Positions 18,970 to 27,596 of a DNA stretch of 63,599 nucleotides are shown here, piece by piece. The stretch is from a virus. The notes beneath the pieces are model-generated. The model did no database searches. It was not told the origin of the DNA and saw nothing but the letters and a program-made list of their open reading frames with translations. Both the position numbers and the translations under genes were made by a program. The stretch is from the IMG/VR virus record IMGVR_UViG_3300045988_069679, positions 1-63,599 of that record. The stretch is one strand, 5' to 3'. How positions within the stretch are numbered: the first letter of the stretch is position 1; every line of letters begins with the position of its first letter.

Positions 18970-19381
18970 CTAGTTTTCCTCCATGACGGTACATGTTTCT
19001 AAGTCCGTCTTTTTTGTCTTCAATATTTGCTCTCTGCTTATCCACAGATAGGATTTGATATACATAAGGTTTAGGCTTACCATAGTCTGTCACAAACTTG
19101 CCTTGACTTTGCTCATCTAGGTTTAAGTAATCATTATAACTTGTGAATGCTTTTTCATTAGCCAACTTAGCATAAATCACAGTGACATCAGGGTAGTACA
19201 TTCTATCAAGAACATAGCCATAGTCCATATTATATTCTTTACACAGAGTGAGAGCCATTTCTTCTACATCATCAAGCTCAACTACTACCATATCCTCATA
19301 AGCTAGACCTTTATACTCATCTAGGGGCTTAATTGCCCCTTGAGTAAATGCCCAGTTATAACGGACTAGGTAACTAATCAA
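18962..19381 (-). CDS. Hypothetical head-module protein
   Basis: ORF track; 8-nt overlaps with both neighbours. Confidence 0.6.
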   Translation of the reverse strand: MISYLVRYNWAFTQGAIKPLDEYKGLAYEDMVVVELDDVEEMALTLCKEYNMDYGYVLDRMYYPDVTVIYAKLANEKAFTSYNDYLNLDEQSQGKFVTDYGKPKPYVYQILSVDKQRANIEDKKDGLRNMYRHGGKLDD

Positions 19382-19919
19382 CTTGAAAAAACGAAGGGTT
19401 CTCTCTTAGGATTTTTCCACAGTTCTCAATAAGTGATACGTCTGTGATATAAGCTGTAAGGTGTTCAGGAATACCTAGAACCTCTCCTACCAATTTCTCA
19501 CAAGCATCAATCACATTATCATCAAACACCTCATAGATTTTGAATAAATCATCTGGTGTGTAGATTTCTGTAGAGCCATCTTCTCTAAAGTCTGTGAAGG
19601 CAATAGAGATGATTGAAGCATAGTTACGAACCTTACGAGCAATACGAGGTGTAATATACTTTTCTTTAGCAGTGACCTCTTGTACATAGGCTTTACCATC
19701 TTGTACAATCTCAGCTCCAGCAGGAGCTTGACCAACAATAGGCAACCATAAAGTCACGGTATAGTCTTTCGGAGTAATACTTCCAATCTTTGTGCTATCT
19801 CCATTTACCACAGAGTTTGTAGCTGTTTGGATAGCCACAGGAGCATCACTTTGGACTGCATCTTGGAAGTTACCTTGGAGTTTTGATAGCTCCTCAATAC
19901 TCATAATCTTACTTGTCAT
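19374..19919 (-). CDS. Hypothetical head-module protein
   Basis: ORF track; follows the portal gene. Confidence 0.6.
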   Translation of the reverse strand: MTSKIMSIEELSKLQGNFQDAVQSDAPVAIQTATNSVVNGDSTKIGSITPKDYTVTLWLPIVGQAPAGAEIVQDGKAYVQEVTAKEKYITPRIARKVRNYASIISIAFTDFREDGSTEIYTPDDLFKIYEVFDDNVIDACEKLVGEVLGIPEHLTAYITDVSLIENCGKILRENPSFFQVD

Positions 19920-19926
19920 TTCTTAC

Positions 19927-21270
19927 CTACACAATCAAATTTTTCTTCAAATAGGCTTCTGCCATATCATCATCAATACCTTTCAATCTATCATAAACAT
20001 CAAGGATATAAATGTCGTTATTGTAGTTATAGTTAGTTGTGAACTCATAACTATCAAACTTAATATGTGAGTCAAGCCCTGTAGCATTTTGGAGCAACTT
20101 AACAATCTGTCCTATGAAATGGTCACGCATTGGAATAATAGTGTTCTTCATAGAGTTGTCAATGATACTGTAAGTACCAATGTTAGATACAGTTTTGTTA
20201 AGGTCAAAGAGACGTGCTGGAACTCCAAACATTTGACAGATAATAGCTGGAACATACTGCGATAGGTAGTCCAAGAAATCTGTAGCTTTGGTATCACGCT
20301 CAAGTTGCTCAAGATTTTGGAAGTTTCCTGAATACACAATGGCATCATTGAACTCTGTCTCAGAGAGTTTTTCTGCAAAAGCATTCATATCTTCCACAAT
20401 CTTCTTGTTACGCTCTTCTTTGGCTTGTCTACCCATATCAAGTAAATCACCACTTCCAAAGGACGTACCTTGCTCTACACTTTCCTCAATCTGCTCTTCT
20501 AGGGTATCCTTGGCTTGCAAAGCAATCGTACCAATACCGTTTCTAGAAATATCATAGTTCATACGATTCAAGATATTGAGGATAAGTTCAACACGCTTAC
20601 GGTCTTTAAGTAAGGGAGACATACAGAATACTTGGGAAGTATCTAACCTCACACAAGCGAATTGGTCTTCTGTAACAACCATTACCTCCTTCTTGAACCG
20701 TTCAGGGTCTTTAAGGATTTGCTTAATGTCGTCCTCAGAATAATCACTAGCTACTCTAGGATTCCCTGTTTTACGGTCATAAGGTGTCACAAAGATATTA
20801 TTGTTTTTAATCAAGTATGTAAGGGTCTGTCTAAGCACAGGCATCTTAGGGTAATCAATCACACAAGCGAGAATATCTTTAGGGTGAACTCCCACAAGAC
20901 CATCACCAGTATTTAGGATTCCATAATAACCATATTTACGATAGCCTTTGGCTACTTGTTTTAATACATCATAGTTTCTCTGACCATTGTAGTTATGTGC
21001 ATAGAGATACTCTCTGAGTTTTTCATCCTTAGTGTAGTCATCTGTGGTTAGATAGTTTGTAAACATGTAGTTCACAATATTATCTAGGATATAATCAACA
21101 TCAGGAAGGTCAAGAGCTAATCTTTCAATGTCTTCTAGATTCTCACTTACTGGTGCTCCTCTAAAACCTGAACTCTGAAAAATTAGTCTATCTTTATACT
21201 CAGCATTGAAGTATCTATCCATTGCACAAGAGCCACCACAGTCATCTTTTTTGCACTTTCCACAGCTCAT
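19927..21270 (-). CDS. Portal protein (N-terminal CGKCKKDDCGGSC cluster)
   Basis: 447 aa, immediately after the large terminase with a one-base overlap. Confidence 0.6.
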   Translation of the reverse strand: MSCGKCKKDDCGGSCAMDRYFNAEYKDRLIFQSSGFRGAPVSENLEDIERLALDLPDVDYILDNIVNYMFTNYLTTDDYTKDEKLREYLYAHNYNGQRNYDVLKQVAKGYRKYGYYGILNTGDGLVGVHPKDILACVIDYPKMPVLRQTLTYLIKNNNIFVTPYDRKTGNPRVASDYSEDDIKQILKDPERFKKEVMVVTEDQFACVRLDTSQVFCMSPLLKDRKRVELILNILNRMNYDISRNGIGTIALQAKDTLEEQIEESVEQGTSFGSGDLLDMGRQAKEERNKKIVEDMNAFAEKLSETEFNDAIVYSGNFQNLEQLERDTKATDFLDYLSQYVPAIICQMFGVPARLFDLNKTVSNIGTYSIIDNSMKNTIIPMRDHFIGQIVKLLQNATGLDSHIKFDSYEFTTNYNYNNDIYILDVYDRLKGIDDDMAEAYLKKNLIV

Positions 21271-22910
21271 TAAGAACCTCCAAGGTAGAATAACTCAGCT
21301 ACATGTAATGATAGCAACACACTATCCAATTCATCCGGAGAGTGTTTTAACAATTTCTTAATTTCTGATTTAGGACGTATTTTAACCAATCTATCCTCTG
21401 GTTTCTGAATCTCAGACACAAAGGACATTTGACGACTAATACTATCCCACACAGATTTAACAAAGGATACCCTCTGTGCTTCCATCATACCTCTTAACAT
21501 TAAGTGCATCTCTGCTCTTCTGTTATAGGCATATTCAGCACTAGGGTCTTTTGCCAATACTTTAATTTCTGTAGGCTTTCCACCAAAGTTAATGTCATAC
21601 ACAGGACACTTTAGCTTTCCACCTAGTCTTCTCATTTTCAATGGTTGTACAATATGTGCTCCTCCACCAGCATCTATACCAATAGCTTTGGCATTGAGTC
21701 TGTTAGCTAGAGTCACAATCTTGTCAACAATCTCTATGGCAGTAATACCATCTATCCACTCAGCAGGCTTAATATCTTTCGTATCTAGCACAGTGAAGTG
21801 ATTATGCTTATCTACCACAGTAACAGTAACTTGAATACTGTCAGCACCTTTATAGGCACTATCCACACCAATGAAGTAGTCATATTCCTCTGATTTAGGG
21901 TCAAAGGAATCTAGCACATTAGGTGATGAATCAAAGAACGCTGAACGCTCTGTAGGAAACTCACACAGAAGGTTTTCACGAATAGAATCCTCTGTAATGG
22001 TGAACTGTGAACGCATAAGCTCTTCTTTGGTGTACCTGATACTACCCTCTTCAATGGCTGTCACAACGTCAAGCCACATTACAAACTCATCATCAGCTAA
22101 GTCCTCATTGGTCATGAAGTCATAGAAGTTGTTAAGTGAACGAGGGTTAGAGATTAGATACATAATGAGCTTACGTCCATCATCAGACTCAAACTCCCTA
22201 CGACCCATGTGACCAAGGGCTATAGGTGAAATATCTGATGCTTCATCTCCAAACATATTACCACCACGACCAATGACGTGGATTTTAGATGGGTCAGTGA
22301 AGTTAGAACCAGCACTAAGACCCTCCAATTTACCCCCATTACGGAAGGTGAAACCCTCACTAGAGAATGAGGATAGACCACGTTTAAGTCGCTTATCTAC
22401 TGCTGTTACGTCTTTCTCATCAAACGAGAGCATAGCCTTAACATCAGGGTGAGCATTTACCAAGATTTCTCTTGCGTGTTGGATAATGATACCAGAATAT
22501 TCTTGTGTTGAACCTACAGCATAACAGTTTTCACCTTCATAGGCAAAGTGGTTAGACATAATTCCACACAAGAATGACTTACCATAACGAGGAGTTGCCA
22601 CACAGTAACCAGTCTTGTAATCACCACTTAAGAAAGCTCCAAATTGTACTGCTTGAGACCACCAAAGCTCTAAATTAAACTCAGAAAGGGCTGTTGTAAA
22701 CCCTAACTTGTAATATTCAAGCTCTTTCTCAAAGCCATGTCTTTCTCGAATGGTATTACGCTTAAAGTGTTTAGGGATTTTACCCTTCACAGCATCTCTA
22801 AGTTGGTCTTGTGGGGTTACTTGGTCAAGAAGTATAGATAACTTCTCACGATTGGAGAGTACCTTACGCTTTTGAATAAGTGACCCAACATCTGCATCTT
22901 GGGTGTGCAT
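21270..22910 (-). CDS. terL: Terminase large subunit
   Basis: Walker A-like ATPRYGKS, Walker B-like MFGDEASD, C-terminal nuclease-like IGVDSAYKGADS / IGIDAGGG. RBS GGAGGAG 9 nt upstream. Confidence 0.85.
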   Translation of the reverse strand: MHTQDADVGSLIQKRKVLSNREKLSILLDQVTPQDQLRDAVKGKIPKHFKRNTIRERHGFEKELEYYKLGFTTALSEFNLELWWSQAVQFGAFLSGDYKTGYCVATPRYGKSFLCGIMSNHFAYEGENCYAVGSTQEYSGIIIQHAREILVNAHPDVKAMLSFDEKDVTAVDKRLKRGLSSFSSEGFTFRNGGKLEGLSAGSNFTDPSKIHVIGRGGNMFGDEASDISPIALGHMGRREFESDDGRKLIMYLISNPRSLNNFYDFMTNEDLADDEFVMWLDVVTAIEEGSIRYTKEELMRSQFTITEDSIRENLLCEFPTERSAFFDSSPNVLDSFDPKSEEYDYFIGVDSAYKGADSIQVTVTVVDKHNHFTVLDTKDIKPAEWIDGITAIEIVDKIVTLANRLNAKAIGIDAGGGAHIVQPLKMRRLGGKLKCPVYDINFGGKPTEIKVLAKDPSAEYAYNRRAEMHLMLRGMMEAQRVSFVKSVWDSISRQMSFVSEIQKPEDRLVKIRPKSEIKKLLKHSPDELDSVLLSLHVAELFYLGGS

Positions 22911-23544
22911 AGACTATATCTCCTCCAGTATAGCTTAATTGCTCAACAATGCCCACAGAAGGAGCTACTGTTGAAAAACTTTCTGTTACAGGTATAGTCA
23001 GTCCATTCATAGCCAAACAAGTAGGACAAGTATTAGAATCCCCAATACAGTTCCATGTTTTTAGAATGGAGTTTTCTGTAACAAGCTCAAATAACTTGGC
23101 ACTTTCCACAGAAGCCTTTTCAATACCCATTTGAACTTCACTTAAAGCCAATCGCTCTAGGTTACTGCTGAACTCTTTGATAATATCATCAAAGCTCACA
23201 GTATCGATAGAATCAATCAACTTAGCTCTAAGGTCACTAGCATGAGCATCTAAGATTTCTTTCAGTCTGCCATAGTTGCTTCTTGCAAAAGCAGAAGTAT
23301 TCACACCATTTCTAATTTCGATTACTTCCTCTGGTGCTAAATCTACACCAAGCGCATCAAGGATATAATCAATCTCGTCTAAGAACACAGTGGAATACAT
23401 GTCAATCAAGTACCCAATTAGGGAAGATTCAGCACTTAGGTAATCTCCACTCACTACAACGGAGTTAACAAAGGCTTCAAGTAAGGATACTATATCATCA
23501 TAATGCTTTTGGAAGAGGTCTTCTCTAGGACTGTGTGATGCCAT
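22864..23544 (-). CDS. Minor head protein, MuF / SPP1 gp7-like
   Basis: C-terminal NTCPTCLAMNG...HPRCRCWV motif typical of the family. Confidence 0.65.
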   Translation of the reverse strand: MASHSPREDLFQKHYDDIVSLLEAFVNSVVVSGDYLSAESSLIGYLIDMYSTVFLDEIDYILDALGVDLAPEEVIEIRNGVNTSAFARSNYGRLKEILDAHASDLRAKLIDSIDTVSFDDIIKEFSSNLERLALSEVQMGIEKASVESAKLFELVTENSILKTWNCIGDSNTCPTCLAMNGLTIPVTESFSTVAPSVGIVEQLSYTGGDIVYAHPRCRCWVTYSKA

Positions 23545-23903
23545 TACATATCTCCAAACAACTCGTCAAGTTTGGCTTTGGTGTAGTTTTTAAGCTCATC
23601 AACACCATCTTTAGTATCATGGTTCACATTGACTGTAGTTTGTGTGGCTTTACCTTCAATACGGTCAGCCCACTCTTTACGCTCATAGCTATCCTCGAAG
23701 GAAGCCATAATCTGTAACATTGCATTTCTAGCTACTGGAGTGCAAGGAGGAATTTGGGAATAGACCTCAAAGCCAACTTCGCTGAGTAATGTTTCATCTA
23801 CGTCAATTAGACCCCAACGCATTTGGTAAAGCTCTAGTGACTTTTCATCAAGCAAGCTTAACTCTCTCATAGTCTCAGAGTATAATTTTGATTTACTAGC
23901 CAT
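23544..23903 (-). CDS. Hypothetical protein, first late gene (small terminase candidate by position only)
   Basis: ORF track; RBS AAAGGTAAAG; no motif recognised. Confidence 0.3.
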   Translation of the reverse strand: MASKSKLYSETMRELSLLDEKSLELYQMRWGLIDVDETLLSEVGFEVYSQIPPCTPVARNAMLQIMASFEDSYERKEWADRIEGKATQTTVNVNHDTKDGVDELKNYTKAKLDELFGDM

Positions 23904-23928
23904 TATCTTTACCTTTCTAAAAATTTAA

Positions 23929-24002
23929 TACACCCTACTGGGCTTGAACCAGTGACACTACGCTTAGAAGGCGTATGCTCTATCCAACTGAGCTAAGAGT
24001 GT
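23929..24002 (-). tRNA. tRNA-Arg (anticodon UCU)
   Basis: Hand-folded 74-nt cloverleaf. Acceptor ACACTCT/AGGGTGT, D arm GCTC-AGTTGGATA-GAGC, anticodon arm TACGC-CTTCTAA-GCGTA, T arm ACTGG-TTCAAGC-CCAGT. Confidence 0.85.
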
Positions 24003-24058
24003 ATATGGTGGGAATAACCACCATTTAGTATTCACAAGAGTGATACCTATCAACCAAA

Positions 24059-24130
24059 AGTACGTAGTGGGATTTGAACCCACGAATGGTGCTTTTGCAG
24101 AGCACAGCGTTACCACTTCGCCATACGTAC
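24059..24130 (-). tRNA. tRNA-Cys (anticodon GCA, U73 discriminator)
   Basis: Hand-folded 72-nt cloverleaf. Acceptor GTACGTA/TACGTAC, anticodon arm GTGCT-CTGCAAA-AGCAC, T arm GTGGG-TTCAAAT-CCCAC. Confidence 0.85.
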
Positions 24131-24260
24131 AAAACCCACAGAGGAAAGGATAACTCTGTAGGAAAAACTTGAAAGGAGGCTTGGCGATTATGCCAAAGGA
24201 AATGTTCCACACCATTCTCGCCTATGGTGGGAGGGAACTATAATCTCGTTATCTAGTATA

Positions 24261-24719
24261 TCACACAGAAACAAACTTGTCAAGTGTGAAAAGTCCAATG
24301 AGAATCGCTTCTGCTTCATCATCATTCTTGACTTTATACCCTAGGCTTGTACACAGAGCTATAGCCTTTCGTTTGGCTTCCTCTCGTTTGCCATTTAGTG
24401 AGAATTGCTTTCTCCACACAGTAGGTGATACAAATTCCACAAGAGAATTATTAAGCTCTCTAAGAACCATTCCTTGCACAATCGCTAACATCACTAGTGT
24501 TTTCTGATTTGAGATGACTTTAAGCTCTTCAATCACTACTTTGTCGAACTTTCCATACTTCTCACAGAGCAATCTCACAAATTCTGCCATGTATTGACCT
24601 CTCACCGTAAAGTCTTTATCCTGTGAGCTTATAGTACCATAATCAATCACAGAACCATTACTTATCACACAGTAGCCAGAACTCTTTGTGGAAAGGTCAA
24701 GAGATAAAATCTTAACCAT
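24261..24719 (-). CDS. ruvC: RuvC-like Holliday junction resolvase (152 aa)
   Basis: MVKILSLDLSTKSSGYCV...VVIEEL...NDDEAEAILIG matches the RuvC-fold acidic motifs of Gram-positive phage resolvases. The ATG at 24719 is the leaderless start. Confidence 0.75.
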   Translation of the reverse strand: MVKILSLDLSTKSSGYCVISNGSVIDYGTISSQDKDFTVRGQYMAEFVRLLCEKYGKFDKVVIEELKVISNQKTLVMLAIVQGMVLRELNNSLVEFVSPTVWRKQFSLNGKREEAKRKAIALCTSLGYKVKNDDEAEAILIGLFTLDKFVSV

Positions 24720-24725
24720 GAATAA

Positions 24726-24754
24726 ATTATAACACACACAGAAGAGAATGTCAA
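24726..24754 (-). promoter_or_regulatory. Consensus sigma-A promoter TTGACA-17-TATAAT, 6 nt upstream of the RuvC ATG (leaderless mRNA)
   Basis: Minus strand reads CCTCTTGACAttctcttctgtgtgtgtTATAATttattcATG. Confidence 0.7.
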
Positions 24755-24801
24755 GAGGTAATTATAAATACACTCAACTGTGCGGAGCTTGTATCGTCCC
24801 C

Positions 24802-24836
24802 AAAAAATGTTTGCAACTCGATTGCGAACATTTTGC
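24802..24836. promoter_or_regulatory. Hairpin A: 11-bp AT-rich stem flanked by A/T tracts (terminator/attenuator or palindromic operator); inverted copy of 33680..33712
   Basis: AAAATGTTTGC-9 nt-GCGAACATTTT. On the minus strand it is followed by TTGGGG. Confidence 0.6.
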
Positions 24837-24923
24837 TTGGTCTATCAGAGGGCTATTATGTAATCTTTTATTGCTTATACAAGAATACTAGTATTCTAGT
24901 ATATATACTAGAGTATATAGTAT

Positions 24924-24952
24924 ATAATATAGCTAACTTATACTTCCATCAA
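24924..24952 (-). promoter_or_regulatory. Promoter TTGATG-17-TATTAT inside the inverted copy of the 33.5-kb repeat unit
   Basis: Read on the minus strand; homologous to the two TTGGTG-17-TATAAT/TATATT promoters at 33458 and 33565. Confidence 0.5.
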
Positions 24953-25011
24953 AAAGGTACATATTCTACATATCGCACAAAAGGATAAATAGAATAATCT
25001 ACACTTACCTC

Positions 25012-25040
25012 TTGCTTTTTATTTTCGACTGTGCTATACT
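25012..25040 (+). promoter_or_regulatory. Early promoter TTGCTT-17-TGcTATACT
   Basis: ACCTCTTGCTTtttattttcgactgTGcTATACT, 20 nt before the ATG at 25060. Confidence 0.6.
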
Positions 25041-25059
25041 ATTCTATGAGGACTTAATC

Positions 25060-26007
25060 ATGAACACAAAAATTATTTGGCACTTTGACAGTGATAAAAA
25101 AGAACGTGGAACTACCTTTGCCACAAAGGAAGAATACACACTTGCTATCCAATTTGAAGATAAAGCACTAGTAGACCAAGACTTAAAAACTCAAGTCAAA
25201 AAATTCATTAAAACTCGCTACAAGGTCTCTGTGCATCAGCTAACCTATCGCGAAAGACCAATGTACACAGTAAGCAAGCTATTTGGAGGAGCTAAAGGGC
25301 TGTGTGAAGAGCTTAACCTTTCCACAGAAGAGCTCTGTGAGCTATCCAATTCCTTTTCTTCCCCACACAAGAAATCAAGGCTTATTGTGGACTACTTACT
25401 CCCTGTGCTTAAAGACCAAGACTTTGCTAATTGGTTTTACTCTACTGTGTATAACCTATACAACAACACCACAGAACCACTTTTACTTGTACCTAGTTCA
25501 TTACCACAAGAGTTCTATGAGTGGCTATCAAAAGAAAGTAGATACACAAAGCTAATACCTTTCCTAACAGGTAAATCTATACCTAGTGGAGTAATGATAG
25601 GTGATTACATATATGAGCATAGAGGAAGCTACTCACAGCTCTATGATGCCTATTCTTCATTACTTTCAGAATACATTACACAAGAGAGTGGAAAAGCTCC
25701 ACAGTACATAAACAGCCTTCAACAGAGAACCACAATGGCTCTTAAGAAGTATGGTGTACTAGTATCACATAAGCTAGAGTCTATGGGGCTTAATTATAAG
25801 TCTTATATGAGTATGTTCTATACCACATCACCTAGTATGACACATTACATTAGCACCATAGCCAATGAGGTAGGATTTGACCCTTATGATATGCTATACA
25901 CCATTGTTCTCAATACAGTAGAGTATTATGCCAAGAAGCCTAGTCATAAGAGGAATGTAACACTAGACTACTTTAAAGAACAGAAGATACAGCTCAAGAG
26001 ACTGTAG
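25060..26007 (+). CDS. Hypothetical early protein (315 aa)
   Basis: ORF track 25012..26007. The ATG at 25060 has a GAGGA RBS; upstream codons overlap the promoter. Confidence 0.7.
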   Translation: MNTKIIWHFDSDKKERGTTFATKEEYTLAIQFEDKALVDQDLKTQVKKFIKTRYKVSVHQLTYRERPMYTVSKLFGGAKGLCEELNLSTEELCELSNSFSSPHKKSRLIVDYLLPVLKDQDFANWFYSTVYNLYNNTTEPLLLVPSSLPQEFYEWLSKESRYTKLIPFLTGKSIPSGVMIGDYIYEHRGSYSQLYDAYSSLLSEYITQESGKAPQYINSLQQRTTMALKKYGVLVSHKLESMGLNYKSYMSMFYTTSPSMTHYISTIANEVGFDPYDMLYTIVLNTVEYYAKKPSHKRNVTLDYFKEQKIQLKRL

Positions 26008-26094
26008 GAATTACCTATGGTCTTTTTTATTACGCTTTAGGATAATATAGAATATTTATATGGAGTAGCATGTTTTTGAATGATTTAGGTTATA

Positions 26095-26216
26095 GGTGAA
26101 TAGGGGAATTTGGGTAGGGTAGTAGGTAACACATTTTTTAATCACCCCTTTTGTTGGTGAATAGAGAAAACCAAGCCCTCTCTCCCTCGTTCCATTTTTT
26201 AATCACCCCTTTTGTT
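26095..26216 (+). repeat. Two tandem 61-bp units: GGTGAATAG + variable core (G-rich in unit 1, C-rich in unit 2) + CATTTTTTAATCACCCCTTTTGTT
   Basis: Read directly; units are 26095-26155 and 26156-26216. Confidence 0.8.
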
Positions 26217-26480
26217 ATATTAAATTTTAATTGCCATTGCCTTTGCCCTAACATGATACTGCTTTTAGGCTAATTGATTGGAATGGAAGGGTAAATAAAA
26301 TACATTTATATAGATGTCAAATATAATTTACCACCAAAATCATACCTAACCAAACCAAAACCCCAAAAATAAAAACGTAAATACTTGACTTTCTTAAGCT
26401 ATAGCACTCGCTTATATATATCAAATTATCCTTGTCTCTCTATGCTTTACCCTCATTCTTCTCTCTTGAAAAATTCCTTA

Positions 26481-26527
26481 ATTTACTATACTAAAAATTA
26501 TTTCATTTACTATACTAAAAATTATTT
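26481..26527 (+). repeat. Two direct 23-bp repeats ATTTACTATACTAAAAATTATTT (period 24), followed by ATCGCAA x2 at 26531-26550. Candidate operator sites.
   Basis: Read directly, about 40 bp upstream of a consensus promoter. Confidence 0.8.
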
Positions 26528-26568
26528 TAAAATATCGCAAATTATCGCAAGAAATTGTTAAATTTCTA

Positions 26569-26597
26569 TTGACAAGCCTATTTCTTAATGATATAAT
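26569..26597 (+). promoter_or_regulatory. Consensus promoter TTGACA-17-TATAAT
   Basis: TTGACAagcctatttcttaatgaTATAAT. Confidence 0.75.
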
Positions 26598-26680
26598 AGT
26601 TATAGTTAAAAGATAACAGAAAATAGTCTAGAAACGTTGATTTATTAACTAAAATATTCTAAATTATTCTAACTTATCTC

Positions 26681-26709
26681 TTGACAAATAAACTGAAATA
26701 GTTTATAAT
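26681..26709 (+). promoter_or_regulatory. Consensus promoter TTGACA-17-TATAAT
   Basis: CTCTTGACAaataaactgaaatagttTATAAT, 45 nt before the ATG at 26755. Confidence 0.75.
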
Positions 26710-26754
26710 AAATACATAAAATAAAACAAGCCTAAAAGGCAAAGGAGAAAAATC

Positions 26755-27012
26755 ATGAAAACACCTAATTTCAATTATGCAAATACAGAGCTTTACACCT
26801 CTCGTTATTCTCAATATGGCTATTGCCTATTTGTGATGGTAGACATTGAAAATGGAACCTTTGTATTTGGACAAAGCAACTCTACTTGTGTATCTCTACA
26901 TAGAGCAGAGTACAGAGTTATGGAAAGAATGACTCAAAAACAGGTTAGAGACTTAAGAGATAGATTTCTACAACGTGGATACACTCAACTAACTACTAAA
27001 GACTTTATTTAA
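26755..27012 (+). CDS. Hypothetical early protein
   Basis: ORF track; RBS AAAGGAGA. Confidence 0.7.
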   Translation: MKTPNFNYANTELYTSRYSQYGYCLFVMVDIENGTFVFGQSNSTCVSLHRAEYRVMERMTQKQVRDLRDRFLQRGYTQLTTKDFI

Positions 27013-27302
27013 AGCCTTCTAGGTTCAAGCCTAGCGCCAATCTTGCAAGGGATTGGGGGCTATACTCTTCTAAAGTGCTACAATCATATTAAGCATTATA
27101 ATACTAGTCAAAGCCCTCTTAATGTAAGGGATATGCTTTCTAGACTTGCTTAAAACATTGCAAAAAGCAGACCAGAAGAAAAAGTAAACAGATTGCCCCT
27201 ATAAAGCTATAAAAAGGGGGAATAGTCAGAAGATAGCACTGTACTAACGCAAAATATAATAAAATCGAAGGGAATAGCCTAAAGGCTATAGAGGTTTAAT
27301 TT

Positions 27303-27596
27303 ATGCTTGAGTTTAAAACTCGTTATACTAGCGTTATAATTGATGAATTAAGCTCTGTAAAAAGAATTGGTAAATATCCAATAAACTACAAAGCTGTTAC
27401 ACGTTTAGACGGTAGAAGAGTCACAGCAAAAGAAAACTATGTAAGCTTTATCTTTGAAAAATATGAGATTCTGATAGCTTGTAATAACTCTAAAAAAGTT
27501 TGTGAATTGATTGAAGAAACTTTCTTGAATCCTATCAAGTATAAACACAATAAGACAACCATAAAAGCTGAAAGCATTAACATTTATAAGATTTAA
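27303..27596 (+). CDS. Hypothetical early protein
   Basis: ORF track; RBS AGAGG. Confidence 0.65.
   Translation: MLEFKTRYTSVIIDELSSVKRIGKYPINYKAVTRLDGRRVTAKENYVSFIFEKYEILIACNNSKKVCELIEETFLNPIKYKHNKTTIKAESINIYKI

Noticed and set aside
22864-23544. MuF-type polymorphic toxin
   Set aside because: The protein is only 226 aa and ends right after the HPRCRCWV motif, so there is no C-terminal extension that could carry a toxin domain.
23964-24215. ORF-track ORFs 23964..24215 and 24025..24210 (minus strand)
   Set aside because: They overlap the two hand-folded tRNA genes and the structured spacers, lack an RBS and have odd composition. They are most likely spurious.
24131-24260. Possible third tRNA or other RNA gene between RuvC and tRNA-Cys
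   Set aside because: Several short hairpins are present (CCACCAT/ATGGTGG, GGCGA/TCGCC, CCCACAGAG/CTCTGTAGG). I could not fold a cloverleaf, and there is no T-loop GTTCRANYC-like sequence. I treat it as a processed spacer unless a tRNA/ncRNA scanner says otherwise.
25012-25059. ORF-track start at 25012 for the first early gene
   Set aside because: The first 16 codons coincide with the -35/-10 promoter elements, and the ATG at 25060 has a proper SD. The shorter form is preferred.
26101-26125. G-quadruplex in GGGGAATTTGGGTAGGGTAGTAGG
   Set aside because: Only three runs have three or more Gs and the fourth is GG. It does not meet the usual G3+N1-7 x4 rule, so I note it only as part of the tandem-repeat finding.
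26095-26216. CRISPR-like array
   Set aside because: There are only two 61-bp units, directly abutting, with conserved ends and variable cores. There is no repeat-spacer periodicity and no cas genes.
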